Source of the DNA: Gordius albopunctatus
Taxonomy: Eukaryota
Direction: 5' to 3'
NCBI GenBank assembly: GCA_964276515.1
Contig: OZ193910.1
Span: 5,270,001 to 5,334,000 of the forward strand
DNA: 64,000 nt
Under the pieces are notes generated by a model. That model was not told the origin of the DNA, did no database searches, and saw only the letters and a list, made by a program, of their open reading frames with translations. Both the position numbers and the translations under genes were made by a program. Of this stretch, positions 1-11,623 are shown piece after piece. The stretch's first letter is position 1, and the number at the start of each line of letters is the position of its first letter.

Positions 1-979
1 TAAGATATAACAAATACTTCTATATAAAAAAACTAAATACTAGCATAAAATAAATATCTATTTAAGATTACTTGATTTGAAGTTGGTAAAAATATTTTCA
101 CAGTTAATGGCAATAAAAATATAATAGATTTTGCTAAATATTTTAAATATTTAAGCATATGTAAATTTACCTGTTAATATAACTCAGAGGCTTATCTAGG
201 ATTATTGTAATAATTAATTTCAGTGTAGATTGTAAATTCTCTAATGTTAAATGAAAATTTGATATATTTTTTAAATATTACTTATACTTACTATTAAGTT
301 GGTTTATAATATTTTCAGATTTAGAGTAAAATGGCAATATAAAATTTAAATGATTTTACTAAATATTTTAAATTTACAAGCATATGGAAATTTACCTGTT
401 AATATAACTTAAAAGCTTATCTAGGATTATTGTAATAATTATTTTAGTGTAGATTGCAAATTCTCTAATGTTAAATAACAAGTTGATATATTTTTTAAAT
501 ATTACTTATACTTACTATTAAGTTGGTATATAATATTTTCAGATTTAGAGTAAAATGGCAATATAAAATTTAAATGATTTTGCTAAACATTGAATTAAAT
601 TTACAAGCATGGTAAATTTACCTTATATGGAAAGAATTTTACACTAGAGAACTAATTGTTAATGTAACTATAAGGGTATATTGTTTTAAATTATTATTGA
701 GATAATTAACTTTAATGTAGATTGCAAAATCTTTTAAGTTAACAACTAGATGCTAATAGTATTTAAGCAAATTTTCACAAATTATAAATTAGGAAATATT
801 TAAAATATTGGTTACCACGAGGTAAATATGAAATTAAAGTAAATTAAAATAATATATAACTTAAATTAGATCATACATATTTGATTTAAAAAATATATTT
901 TTTAGGGGAATTTTCCCTGGGGAAAAATGAATTTTCCCCGGGGAAGTTTCCCGGGAAAATTCCCATTGTGCCATCCCTA
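1..979. mobile_element. Right-hand part of a non-autonomous hAT-type element with an internal ~223-bp tandem duplication
   Basis: Ends in GTGCCATCCCTA (reverse complement TAGGGATG, a hAT-like terminus) after subterminal GGGAA/TTCCC repeats at 900-965. The ATGGCAATA unit recurs at about 107, 331 and 554. The left end lies outside the window. Confidence 0.55.
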
Positions 980-1803
980 GTCCAAGCACAATCGACACAA
1001 AAAGAGCACAAAATTCGTTTCGCATTTTATCGATTACTTGTTTTTCCTATCGTTTAAGCTTATTTTAACAAAGTCTGTGCATATTTTTTAGAATTTACGA
1101 AGTCAGCAAGAAATTTAAAATTGTGATGCAAATTTTTTAATAACTCATAAAGTAACTTATATTTATTAATACCCATAAATTGTAAATTCAGGTATTATTA
1201 TCTAAGTTATATATGATCTTATTAGGAAAGGTAGAATTGAAAAATACCTGTCATCTTTTAGAGGAAATTCGTTTTTAAAAAGCATTATTTCAGAAGAAAC
1301 TTTCAAAGGTATTTTAGTTAATGCAGCTTAATTTTAAATTTATATTAACCCTTGCCATTTATATTATAATCTTTAATATCAATTTAGTTATTAGTCAATC
1401 TTATATGAAAATTAGTCCATTAGCTATGAAAAATTTAATGCAGCTAAATGAATTAAAAAGACAAACAAGAAATCAATACATTTTTAATCCAATAGCAAAA
1501 TTTTGTAAGAATTATAAAAAAGGAAACTTGCATCAAAAATTTGCAAGATCATTACAGAAATCATGAAATACATGCATCAACATATTTGAAACACATATCT
1601 TCTCACATGAAGTACGGAGAAAGAAATTTTTATTTACATATTACTCTCTAATTATATATAATACATATTGTTCACTGAATATATATAATACATATTGTTC
1701 ACTGAATTTTAATAAATATTGTATACATGATTTATTTAGAAACCTATAATAAAATTTTGGTTCTCATTTTATGAAATCTTTCAGTCTACAAATATTATAT
1801 ATG

Positions 1804-2046
1804 AAATCTATAAAATGATTACAAATTATTAAATAATTACCTACATATAGCTAGGATCTAAGATATATACTTTCACCATTTATTTAGAAATCTATAAGAT
1901 GATTACAAATTATTAAATAATTACCTACATATAGCTAGGATCTAAGATATATACTTTCACCATTTATTTAGAAATCTATAAGATGATTACAAATTATTAA
2001 ATAATTACCTACATATAGCTAGTATCTAAGATATATGATTTCACCA
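1804..2046. repeat. 84-bp tandem repeat, about 3 copies
   Basis: AAATCTATAA(A/G)ATGATTACAAATTATTAAATAATTACCTACATATAGCTAG unit starts at 1804, 1888 and 1972. Confidence 0.9.
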
Positions 2047-2063
2047 TATCAATTTTCTTAAGG

Positions 2064-3979
2064 TTTTCGTGACGAGAGTAACGAAATGTGATGATCGTGA
2101 CGAGTTTTAGCTCCTATTTCTGTGCTGCCTGAACCAAGTCCCATGGTAATACAATCGACGGGGAAAGGTTTAGGAGTTATCCGAGGCAAAAATATATATA
2201 ATTGCGGCGAGGGACCTTTTGGCCTCAAAATTTAATCTTTTAAAACTACACCTAGATATCAAGCTTTTTTTGTATGATAAAAAACTTTTTAAACATCTCC
2301 AAAATTCAGCACTGTTTTAGATCAGCTGCAGCTTTTTTACATACAGATATTTTAAGAGTATATGAATCAACAATTAAAGATCTCCTTGAAAAAATTTTGA
2401 ATCTACCTTTTGATAACACCAGCTGGCTGCAGGCCACCCTTCCAACCAAATTTGGGGGCTTAGGAATTAGGTCCCCACTCACTATTTCCCTTGTGGCTTT
2501 TCTCTCGTCCTTTAAATCTGTGAAGGATCTTGTTTTTGAATTAACCCCTCAATCAAATGATGTATTAATGGAATTGGCCATATTGTCTTGGTATGAGAAC
2601 GTCATATCAGGAACCAGCCTTCCGGAGTCGGTCAAACAACGAGATTGGGATGCCAGTATAGTATCGCGCTCCGTCGCTTACCTACTTTTGATTTGTGATA
2701 CTGTGCAGCATTTTAATCTCAGGTCGCTTACGGCCGACTCTGGTCACGAATGGCTTGAATGTATCCCAAGTAAACACTCAGAACTTTTGCTTTCAAATCC
2801 AGAAGTTTCGTATGCAATAGCTCTCCGCCTAGGTATTAAAGTTACCATAGGATATCCCTGCAAAAATTGCAATAAGGAAATAGATATCTGGGCTCATCAC
2901 CAATTCATTGCAAGTTAAACAAATATCTCTTTATCCGACATCAAAAGATAAACATTTTAATCCAATTGGCTTTAAAAAAGGCCGGCACTCCTTACATCCT
3001 TGAACCATCCGATCCTTCTTTAGAAGGTAGAATGCGTCCCGATGGAGCTTCTATGATCCCCTGGGAGGTTGTTAAGTTCCTAGCATGGGACTTTACCTGC
3101 ATCGATATTTTTGCGCCAACTAATAATAATTATAACCCACTTTCTTGTGCCGAAGATCGCAAAACACTCAAATACCGAGCCATTGCTCATTCTAAGATTT
3201 TTATTCCAATAGTAGCTTCCTGTTCGGCCACTTTTGGCAAAAAAGCATTAGCTTTTTTTAAATCGATAGGAAACAGATCCCCCAAAGCTAAATACTCACC
3301 CAGCTTTATTTTACGCCAGAAAATCGGCATTCTGATAGCTAAATATAATTACAAATCTTTTTCTGACACATGGCCCGTGTTGGCTATTGACGATTGTGAT
3401 GAATAATTTTTTTTTATTTATAATATTATTTTAAGCCCGTTTATTGTATATTTCATGTACCAATTTTAGCGAATAAAAGCATTTTAATTTTAAAAAGTAG
3501 GGATTTTAGAAGGGAAGGGAATTTCGCAGGGGTTCGTAAGGCCAGAGGAGATACGGTAATTCCCCCAAGGGGGAATTAACTGCAAAGAACAACAATAATT
3601 AATTATTTCTTACTGGAAACAGGAATTCTTATAATAACCACAGGGTTTCCTAACCCCGGCCTGTTCCCTTTATTTATTATATTTACTTCTCTTTATCTCC
3701 TAGGCCTTTTCCGCCCTCATTTCAAGCTTATCTACTTTACTAGAACTTTCTCCGGCCTCATTTTAAGCTTATCTGCTTTTACATCTTTTTGAACTGCTTA
3801 ATCTTGACAGCTCTCCTCACTATGAGTATACAACACTCAATCCCCTGCATAACTACACCTGCTCCCTTAATTTCAAACTAAAATAGACCGAAAACTCGAT
3901 AATTAAGAGATTACTAAAACTGGGGTAATTAGGAGTGGATGGGGTGAGTTATCTAGGGTTCTTAATTACGGTTACGACA
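2064..3979. mobile_element. Possible solo LTR split by the non-LTR fragment below
   Basis: Termini TTTCGTGAC...GTTACGACA resemble LTR TG..CA inverted ends. GC-richer non-coding blocks at about 2064-2226 and 3497-3979 flank the retroelement. No TSD found. Confidence 0.3.
2230..3495 (+). mobile_element. 5'-truncated, frameshifted non-LTR retrotransposon with restriction-like endonuclease (CRE-like)
   Basis: ORF 2274-2918 has the post-RT motif LPTKFGGLGIR and a CxxC..H knuckle (CKNC..AHH). ORF 2966-3406 has RPDG..IPW..LAWDFTC, a PD-(D/E)xK-type RLE. AATAAA at about 3472. Confidence 0.85.
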
Positions 3980-5320
3980 CTAGTATCAACAACCCCGCAA
4001 TTAAATAATTAATTTTAAATATAAAATATATACATTTGACAAATTTGCCAGTGCGGGAGCATTTAAATCTTTTAAATAAACATTTAAGAAAAATTTTAAA
4101 CACGTGAAAGCAGCAAATATATTAAAGGACTAACCATCGTCCCCTAATGTGGACACCATACCATAAAAGAATTTATAATTTTTTATAAATACCAACGCTC
4201 TTTAGATTGAAATTAAGCCCACCTGCAACAAGGTCTGGATACTTTCTGGTTAGTAATTTTCGCAAATTAAATAATCTTAAAAAGGTAAATAAAAAAATAT
4301 TGAATTTGGGAGATATCAAAAACAGCATTTTAAAATAAATATCACTTACACAATACATAAAAATTAAAAACTACGATTAAAGTTTGGTTAATAATATAGC
4401 GCCATCAATATTTTGTATAATATTAATATATTGACGTTCGTTTTAATTTATAATCTAGTGGGGAAGGTAAATTGACTGTTATAGGGCAAAATACCATGGT
4501 TAAAATACACCAGTTGCTATCTTCAAAGTGGAGAAAGATTTGACACCAAATTAACCGTATGCAACATATGGCATGAGCAGTCCATCTAGCCTATGATTCT
4601 ACCACATCAAAAAACGCATGGTTTGGGAAAGCTGTCATAATGGACCTTTTTGATAAATTACCCGAGAATTATTCATTTATATAATTATTATTACACCAGC
4701 ACAAAACTGTTAAATGCACTCTCAAAAATCAATGTTGCGACTGGAACAGTCTCAACGAATCGAATAAAATGTTCGCTAATTGATTCTAAAGTTTTATTTC
4801 TAGAAAAATGTTATCATATTTAGTAGCATTAGCAATATGGAATAACAATAGTCAGCATGTTATCGAATTGTTATGGAACACAGACTATAAGAAAAATCAG
4901 CAGAATAGGTTGTGGTATACTGTGGTATACCTCTTTTCCTTTCCATTTAATTTCGATTACGTCTGTGTTAGTGTTATTTCTCTCCCCCCCCCCACGCGCT
5001 TGTACGTATTTGTTATTTCTTCCCCCATATATTATTATTTATCAACACGCATCAGTGATTTTTGTATAGGCGTACACAACGTGTACTGTATCGATAATTT
5101 TACATTCTTTTAATTTTCTTTGTCTGAGAAAAAATAAATAAACGTATGATGTAAGGTTTAGTAAAATAAGTCTTCCTTAGCTGAAAAAGATTTTCCCTGA
5201 CCTGCTGTCTTCCAATATATCCCCCTATCCTACACAATTCTCCCAATATATCCCTGATTCCCTTCAAATCTTAAATCGTGTTCCCGCGGACCTTTTTTTA
5301 AATTCAGCCGGAACATGATT

Positions 5321-5400
5321 TTTGCCCCACCCCCTTATTTTTTACTCTACCCCCCTCCCCCCTGGTAAGAAAGAGAGTAAAAAATAAGGGGGGTGGCAAA
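5321..5400. repeat. Inverted repeat with ~27-bp arms
   Basis: TTTGCCCCACCCCCTTATTTTTTACTCT pairs with AGAGTAAAAAATAAGGGGGGTGGCAAA across a 25-nt spacer. Confidence 0.8.
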
Positions 5401-5864
5401 GTTCTTAATTTATTTATGATATATAATATGAGTAAATATTGTAAGTTACTAAATTTTTACAAATAGCAATTCAATCTAATATCTGCTCAAATTTACTGTT
5501 CGAGCTTTTGCTACATGCTTTAACAGATTTGGCTGCTTCGACTAACCTCTCCAGAATTTTTATATGCTACTGTTAAAACTATTGCACCGAAAAGCTAGCA
5601 CTCATTGTGCTAAACTAGCATATTAAACAGCTAGTGTGTGTGCCCGATCAAAGCACATAGTTAGCATTGCTAACGCGAGCAATTTAACAACTTTATTGAT
5701 GTGAGGGTTTCTTTCAAAAAGAAACCTGTAGTTGTTTTTATCGGCACGAGCCTGATATTTATATATTGACCTAAGTCAAAACCTTTTTTTAGTCCAAACT
5801 CAATCCGATATTTTGTTTAAATTAATAAAGTTTTACATTTGAAAAATATTTTACCATATGGGTA

Positions 5865-6034
5865 AATGGGCGTAGCCAGGGGGAGTGGGCAGCCGCCCCC
5901 CCCCCCCCTAAATAGCGAGGAAAAAAATTTTCAATGCAAAAATCCTTAAAAATTAAAAAAAAATTACGTTTTGCCACCGCCTCTAATTGAACTTTTTGCC
6001 CCACCCCCTAATCCAAAACCCAGCTACGGCCATG
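5865..6034. mobile_element. MITE, CATGGGCGTAGCCAG-TIR family
   Basis: Ends ATGGGCGTAGCCAG / CCAGCTACGGCCATG with near-identical 8-bp flanks TATGGGTA/TATGGATA. Related full or partial copies at about 6574, 21736, 40593, 42773, 43560, 45110, 47480 and 58482. Confidence 0.8.
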
Positions 6035-6316
6035 TATGGATACATAAAGAAGTGATTGCTATAGATAGGTAATAGACATGGAAGAATGTGAGGTGTTAGG
6101 GATCAAGGATAGTAGGAGTGTTGGTTTTAATAAATATTTTGTTAAATGCAGAACGATTTAATCTCTCGAGGGAAGATCTGCCATATTTTTGTTTGTGGGT
6201 ACCCATTTTAGAGTCTTCTTGAGGATTAATAAATCCTATTTTGGTGAAGGCCCTTTACAAATGCGGAACATCGCTGCCATTGACAGCATTTATGCCTCTG
6301 ATACAGGTGTAGATTC

Positions 6317-6498
6317 GTGTTGTAAAAGTGGCTGGCTTCTGTTTAGGCGACCTTTGGTTTTAGTCGATTAAACATAAATAGACCAAAGGTTTTTTGTTCT
6401 ATTTTTCTTAATCGCATAAACGGACCAAAGGTTTGATGTTTAGTCCAGTAAAACCAAAGGTCGAGTCGACCAAACAAAACACAGCTTTTTTACAACAC
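6317..6498. mobile_element. MITE with GTGTTGTAAAA TIRs; second copy at about 15849-16075 in a PPM1G intron
   Basis: GTGTTGTAAAA...TTTTACAACAC ends. Internal ACCTTTGGT/ACCAAAGGT and AGTCGA motifs are shared with the 15849-16075 copy. Confidence 0.65.
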
Positions 6499-8548
6499 TT
6501 GTGATACGGCATAGGCTTCATTAAAAACTCGGGGATAATAAAGTTAGAATATCTCTTTCACAATAATAATTTACATGGGGTAGCCAGTATTGGGATTAGA
6601 GGGGGGGGGCAATAATGATTTAGGGAGGGGCAAAATGATCATTTTTTGAAATTTTAGCCATAATTTTAATAATTTTGACAATTTTTTGGATATTTATAGG
6701 GGGCAGTTGCCTCTCACTGCCCACCCCCCTTGGCTACGCACGTGTTAATGAGCATAATGTATTATTAAATAATTATTGTAGGGCGAAACTCAATTATGAA
6801 ATAAAGTCTTTTCATAATTATAATCGTTTACTTTTTAAATGTTATAAATGACATAACTTATGATAATTTTATCAGAATTAATCAGTCGCATATTTGTGAG
6901 TACTACATATTTATAATTAACTTGTAATGAATTCTATAAGTTATAATTGATTATTATTATATCAATGTCTTAAGACTCTTGTCTTAAATTGTTTAAACAA
7001 AGGCATTACTTTTAGCCTTTGTCAGTGTTAATAAAGAGTCCCAGCATGTCCAATTTTAAATTGCTATGCAATTTATGGGCTCGTTTTTTTTTTGTGCGTC
7101 CGTCGTCCGTCGTCCACCAAGTTATTTACTTTTACACCAGCTTCCCGACTTGCAAGGTTGGGGATCGAGACCCGGAGAGGACAAATTTTTTTTATTTTTT
7201 TTTAATTAAATTAATATTTTGTTCTTGTTAATACCATTGATAATATGACTTTTTGACCGTCCGCAATAACTGATCAATGAAAAAAATGACCACTGGCCAA
7301 AAAAATCGAAATTTTTAATTTTTCGTTTTTGAATAGTTTAACATTGATAATTACCCTATGCCCTCCCCTAAAAGGGCCTATGCCTCTATTGATATGGTTC
7401 CCTGTTCCCCTCCAAAGGCTTATGTCTCTATTTAATGTAGGTTTGAATCCCGGCGAACGTTCTAAATTGATGGTTCGAGACCCGGAGAGGACAAAATTTT
7501 TTATTTTTTTTTAATTAAATTAATATGTTGTTCTTGTTAATACCATTGATAATATGACTTTTTGACCGTGTTCTGGCTACTGACCATTGAAAAAATGACC
7601 ATTGGCCAAATTTTGTTCGAATTTTTTTTTTCCTTTTTGAATTGGTATATTAGGTTAACATTGCTAATTACCCTATGCCTCTACTGATATGGGTCCCTGT
7701 GCCCCTACAAAAGCTTATGCCTCTATTAATGTGGGTTCGAATCCCGGAGAGGACAAAAATTTTTATTTTTTTTAAATTAAATTAATAATATATTGTTCTC
7801 GTTAATACCATTGATAATATGAGTTTTTGACCGCCCGCAGGCTGCTGACCGATGGGAAAAATGACCATTGGCCAAATTGTGAATCGGATTTTTTTTCCGT
7901 TTTTTTACTCTTATTATTGTTCCTGTTAATGCCATTGATAATATGACTTTTTGACCGTCCGCAGGCTACTGACCAATGGGATGAGCATTGGCCAAAGTGA
8001 GGATCAAAAATTTTTTTCTGTTTTTTTTGGCTATCATTGATATATAGAGTATCTGTTGGTACTGACCAATGGAAAAAAATGACCATTGGCCAAAATGTGA
8101 ATAGAAATTTTTTTTGTTTTTTTTGACTCGTATGTATTTATAGACCATCTCTGGGTACTGACCAATGGAAAAAAATGACCATTGGCCAATTCTCGTTTTT
8201 TTGACTCGTATATATTTATAGACCGTTGTAATGATCTGAAACGTCGACATTCCCCCCCCCCCAGAGATGCATCAAGATTTTAAGGATTTGAAAGATTACG
8301 AAGCATCTACTACAATTGCTTGGGTCACCAAAATGTTTTTAGACAAAATATTTGCGGTTCACCCAAAATTCGTTAAAAATTTAGAGAAGTATTATGCTGC
8401 ACAAACTGAATCCCTCAATTTTTGTTAAATTATCTATAATATATTGATTTTCTATTATTGTTTCATTTTATTATATAATAAACATAAAACACAACTTTGT
8501 TATTTCATTATCTATATAAATAACATAAAAAATTCTACAATTTTAATA

Positions 8549-8618
8549 CCAGCATGGTATGAGTGGTTATAGCGACAGCTTACTGACTTGCAGGTTGGGA
8601 ATCGAGACCCTCAGAGGA
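8549..8618 (+). other. tRNA-derived (SINE-head-like) segment with Pol III A and B boxes
   Basis: A-box-like TGGTATGAGTGG followed by B-box-like GGGAATCGAGACCC. Related B boxes (GGTTCGAATCCC, GGTTCGAGACCC) at about 7162, 7440, 7472, 7734 and 11821. No intact cloverleaf. Confidence 0.6.
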
Positions 8619-8671
8619 CAAAATTTTTTTATTTTTTTTTAATTAAATTAATATTATGTTCTTGTTAATAG

Positions 8672-11623
8672 TAGAGATGCACCGATACCAAGTATCGGCA
8701 TGGTATCGGCGCCGATACCTTGCCAAAAGAATCGGCCCGATACTTTGCTAGTATCGGCAATTACCAAGCCGATACTTTTTTCAATATGAAACTCAAAAAA
8801 TAATATTTATAGTAAACAAACATTCCTTTAATACTTCAAATTTAAGGAAACATTTAAAAGGTAGTCATCCAATCGAATTTCGCAGTGTTCTTAAAAATGA
8901 AAGTGATATTAATACAAAAAAGATTAATTTGGATAAACAAAAACCAGCTTCTGGTATTCAATCTACATTAAAAGAAGTGATTGAGCTTAATAAAATGTGG
9001 GATAGTAGGGGAGACCGGGGCTATCGCGACCAAAAATTTTCAAAAAGGTCTGGACAAAAATTGTTAACCGATTTTTATATACTTTTTTTAGAAAAATATT
9101 CGTGTCTAGAGTGTTTTTCAAAGGAAAAAAAAATATGGCAATACAGTTGATAGATTTTTCGTAATACGGGTTTAAAAAAAAGACAACTCGTATAAATTTC
9201 GAAAACTACCCGGGGTTATCGCGTCCTTTCGAAGGGGCTATCGCGTCCTCTCTAATATAAAGCTCCAAAACTAAAAACTCATTGATTACCTAGGCCTAAA
9301 TAACCAAATTTTTCAATGTTTATAATCTTTTGTAACTTATAAATGTTGATAATATTCTTTAAGAAAGATTTATCAGAGATTGTTGTTAAATTATTACCTA
9401 ATGAAACTAAGTGAATGGTTTAAATTGCAAAACATTAAGTTTATAAAAACTTTAAAGCTTAAAAAGTTTGATATAATAATTTTATAAGAGGATTAATGTG
9501 TTTTTATGTTAAAATTAATGACTTATAATTGCATATGCTTTATGTGAAAGTATTAAAAAGTTTTTTATATTTTAATATAAAACTTTTCATAGAGATTTAA
9601 CATATAAGTGCCTTTTCTAAGATTTCTGTGCTAGAATCATTGATTTATATGCCTTATTACACAAATATCATTTAAAATGAATAATTGTTAACAAGGTTAA
9701 GGTTTACAAATAATGCAAATTTATATTATGTGCTTAAAAATGTCAAAATATTAGAAGTTCATAATCTATTAAAGCTTATAAAATTTTACATATCAACTAC
9801 TTTATCAAATTTTTGTGCTAGAATCATTGATTTAAATCTTTTATTGGTATAAAAATGTCATGTAATTATTAAAGATGGTTAGGATTTACATTTAATGCAA
9901 ATATCATAATTGCAGCAGGATCCATGAGCCCAGAGGGAGCATTTCCTACAGCTGAACCAGTCTTCATTATTATGATGATTTGTATAATCTTTGCCACATA
10001 TCAGGCAATTATTTTGTGATCTGATCAATTTTTTAGTAATCTTACATTGGCATTTGGCCACCTTAATAACTAGTATTAATAAATACCTGTTTCATCCATG
10101 TTATAAATATCACATGGTAAGTATTTATTGGCGGTTAATAAAGATGAATAATTGTCAAAGAAGGCATTCACATTTTTCATATTAAAGCTTGTTGCCCTTG
10201 AGATGCTTGTAGCCTCAGGGGTTCTAAGAGAAATATAAGGATTGCGTTTGACAAACCCAGTAAACCAATCAGGGCCTGCTGATTGGTTTAGATGCCATGA
10301 TTCAGGCATTGACAAATTATATCTAGTACCTAACTGATAAGCTAAAGTTTTTACCTAAAAAGGAATAATTACAATAAACCAATATTCATTACTTGCTTGG
10401 GGCAAAAGCCCAAATACATCTTCGAACCTTTTACTAAGTAATTAGCTAATATTTCTTCTTGTTCTTTGTTGAATACTACCCTTGTCTTCTTTTTTGGTCC
10501 TATAATTTCACCTTTTTTGTAATTTTTGTAATATTTTTTTATAGTGCTATAGCTTAAATTGGTATCTTCCGCGATTCTTTTCAATTTAATGTTGTTTTGA
10601 AATGATGTAACAACTTTTTCTAACTTTTCATCATCAATAACAATATTTGCTTTTCTGTGGTAATTACGCACCATAATTAAAAAAGTGAATGAGTGAAAAG
10701 GAAACGATAGCCCCGGCTGCGATAGCCCCGGAATGATCATTGAACTTTAAGTTGTGCTTAAGATGATTCAACTCGTCAAAAAAATATATTTGAATATAAA
10801 TATAATAAAAGAGTTACTTCTTATTACCTTGGTATATATTTCAGGTTGGCAGAATAAGTAGTTTTTAAATAATTTACAAAATACAAAAAAATAAAAAAGG
10901 ACGTTTTAGCCCCGAAAAACCTTTTTTTCTACATAATTTTTTTGTAAGAAAGGTTAATCCAAATATTTTTTGTGCCTAACATGTGCCTTAATAAAATACA
11001 TTTATGATTATAATTTGAGGTCTTAATAAACATAAATGACAAAAATAATCGAGAAGACGCTATAGCCCCGGGTAAAAGATAGCCCCGGTCTCCCCTACAC
11101 ATGATAAAGCAGAGAGTATTACTCAATTAATTGCTGAAATGATTGCATTGGACTCACAACCCTTTTCAATTGTTTCGGAGAAAATAGAACAACTAACAAT
11201 TGTTAAGTTGAACATAAGAGAACTAAATTTTCAATATTAGTTTAATATAAGCTAATTACACGTATATTTACTTTTTTTATAAAATAAATTTATGTATTAA
11301 TAAAATAAAAAGTGTACAATAATAAAGTTTAAATTTCTTTTTTGATCTATTAATCACAATACTTTTGAATTAATTAATAACAAAATTTATTATTATAAAT
11401 TAATATTATATTATAAATTATAATTACAATTGTCTTATCGTCAAAATTCTGATCTACCAAAATTTGGATGTGACTTAATTTATAATATTTAATTTGCATA
11501 TATTTTTTAGTATAAAATTTTTTTTTATTATAAGTATCGGCATGGTATCGGTATCGGCAAAAAAATCTTAAGTATCGGCTGGTATCGGTATCGGCATAAA
11601 ATAGTGGTATCGGTGCATCTCTA
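8672..11623 (+). mobile_element. Internally deleted hAT transposon (ZBED4/Ac-like transposase remnants)
   Basis: TIRs TAGAGATGCACCGATAC / GTATCGGTGCATCTCTA, TSD GTTAATAG/GTTAATAC (7/8) and subterminal GTATCGG repeats. Removing the nested element restores NTSNLRKHL...KMWDSTHDKAESITQLIAEMIALDSQPFSIV joined to a C-terminal EKIEQLTIVKLN. Confidence 0.9.
9008..11095 (-). mobile_element. pogo/Tigger-like (Tc1/mariner superfamily) transposon with most of the DDE domain deleted
   Basis: TIRs GGGGAGACCGGGGCTATC with a TA TSD (9006-7 and 11096-7). The minus strand encodes an HTH, a CENP-B-type HTH (AGPDWFTGFVKRNPYISLRTPEATS), YNMDETG, and then directly a C-terminal PHD-like finger (9879-10061). A solo end of the same family lies at about 47377-47392. 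Confidence 0.9.

Noticed and set aside
4485..4720. GC-richer block with a possible AG...GT exon (about 4485-4556)
   Set aside because: No recognisable homology or partner exons, so a gene call cannot be supported.
7221..8200. Regularly spaced palindromic repeats (TGACCAATGG...CCATTGGCCA) resembling a CRISPR array
   Set aside because: The intervening sequences are homologous to each other and variable in length, there are no cas genes, and the context is eukaryotic. The repeats are explained as the central tandem array of the Helentron-like element.
8549..8618. Functional tRNA gene
   Set aside because: A and B boxes are present but the acceptor and anticodon stems do not pair convincingly, and the segment is embedded in a repeat array.
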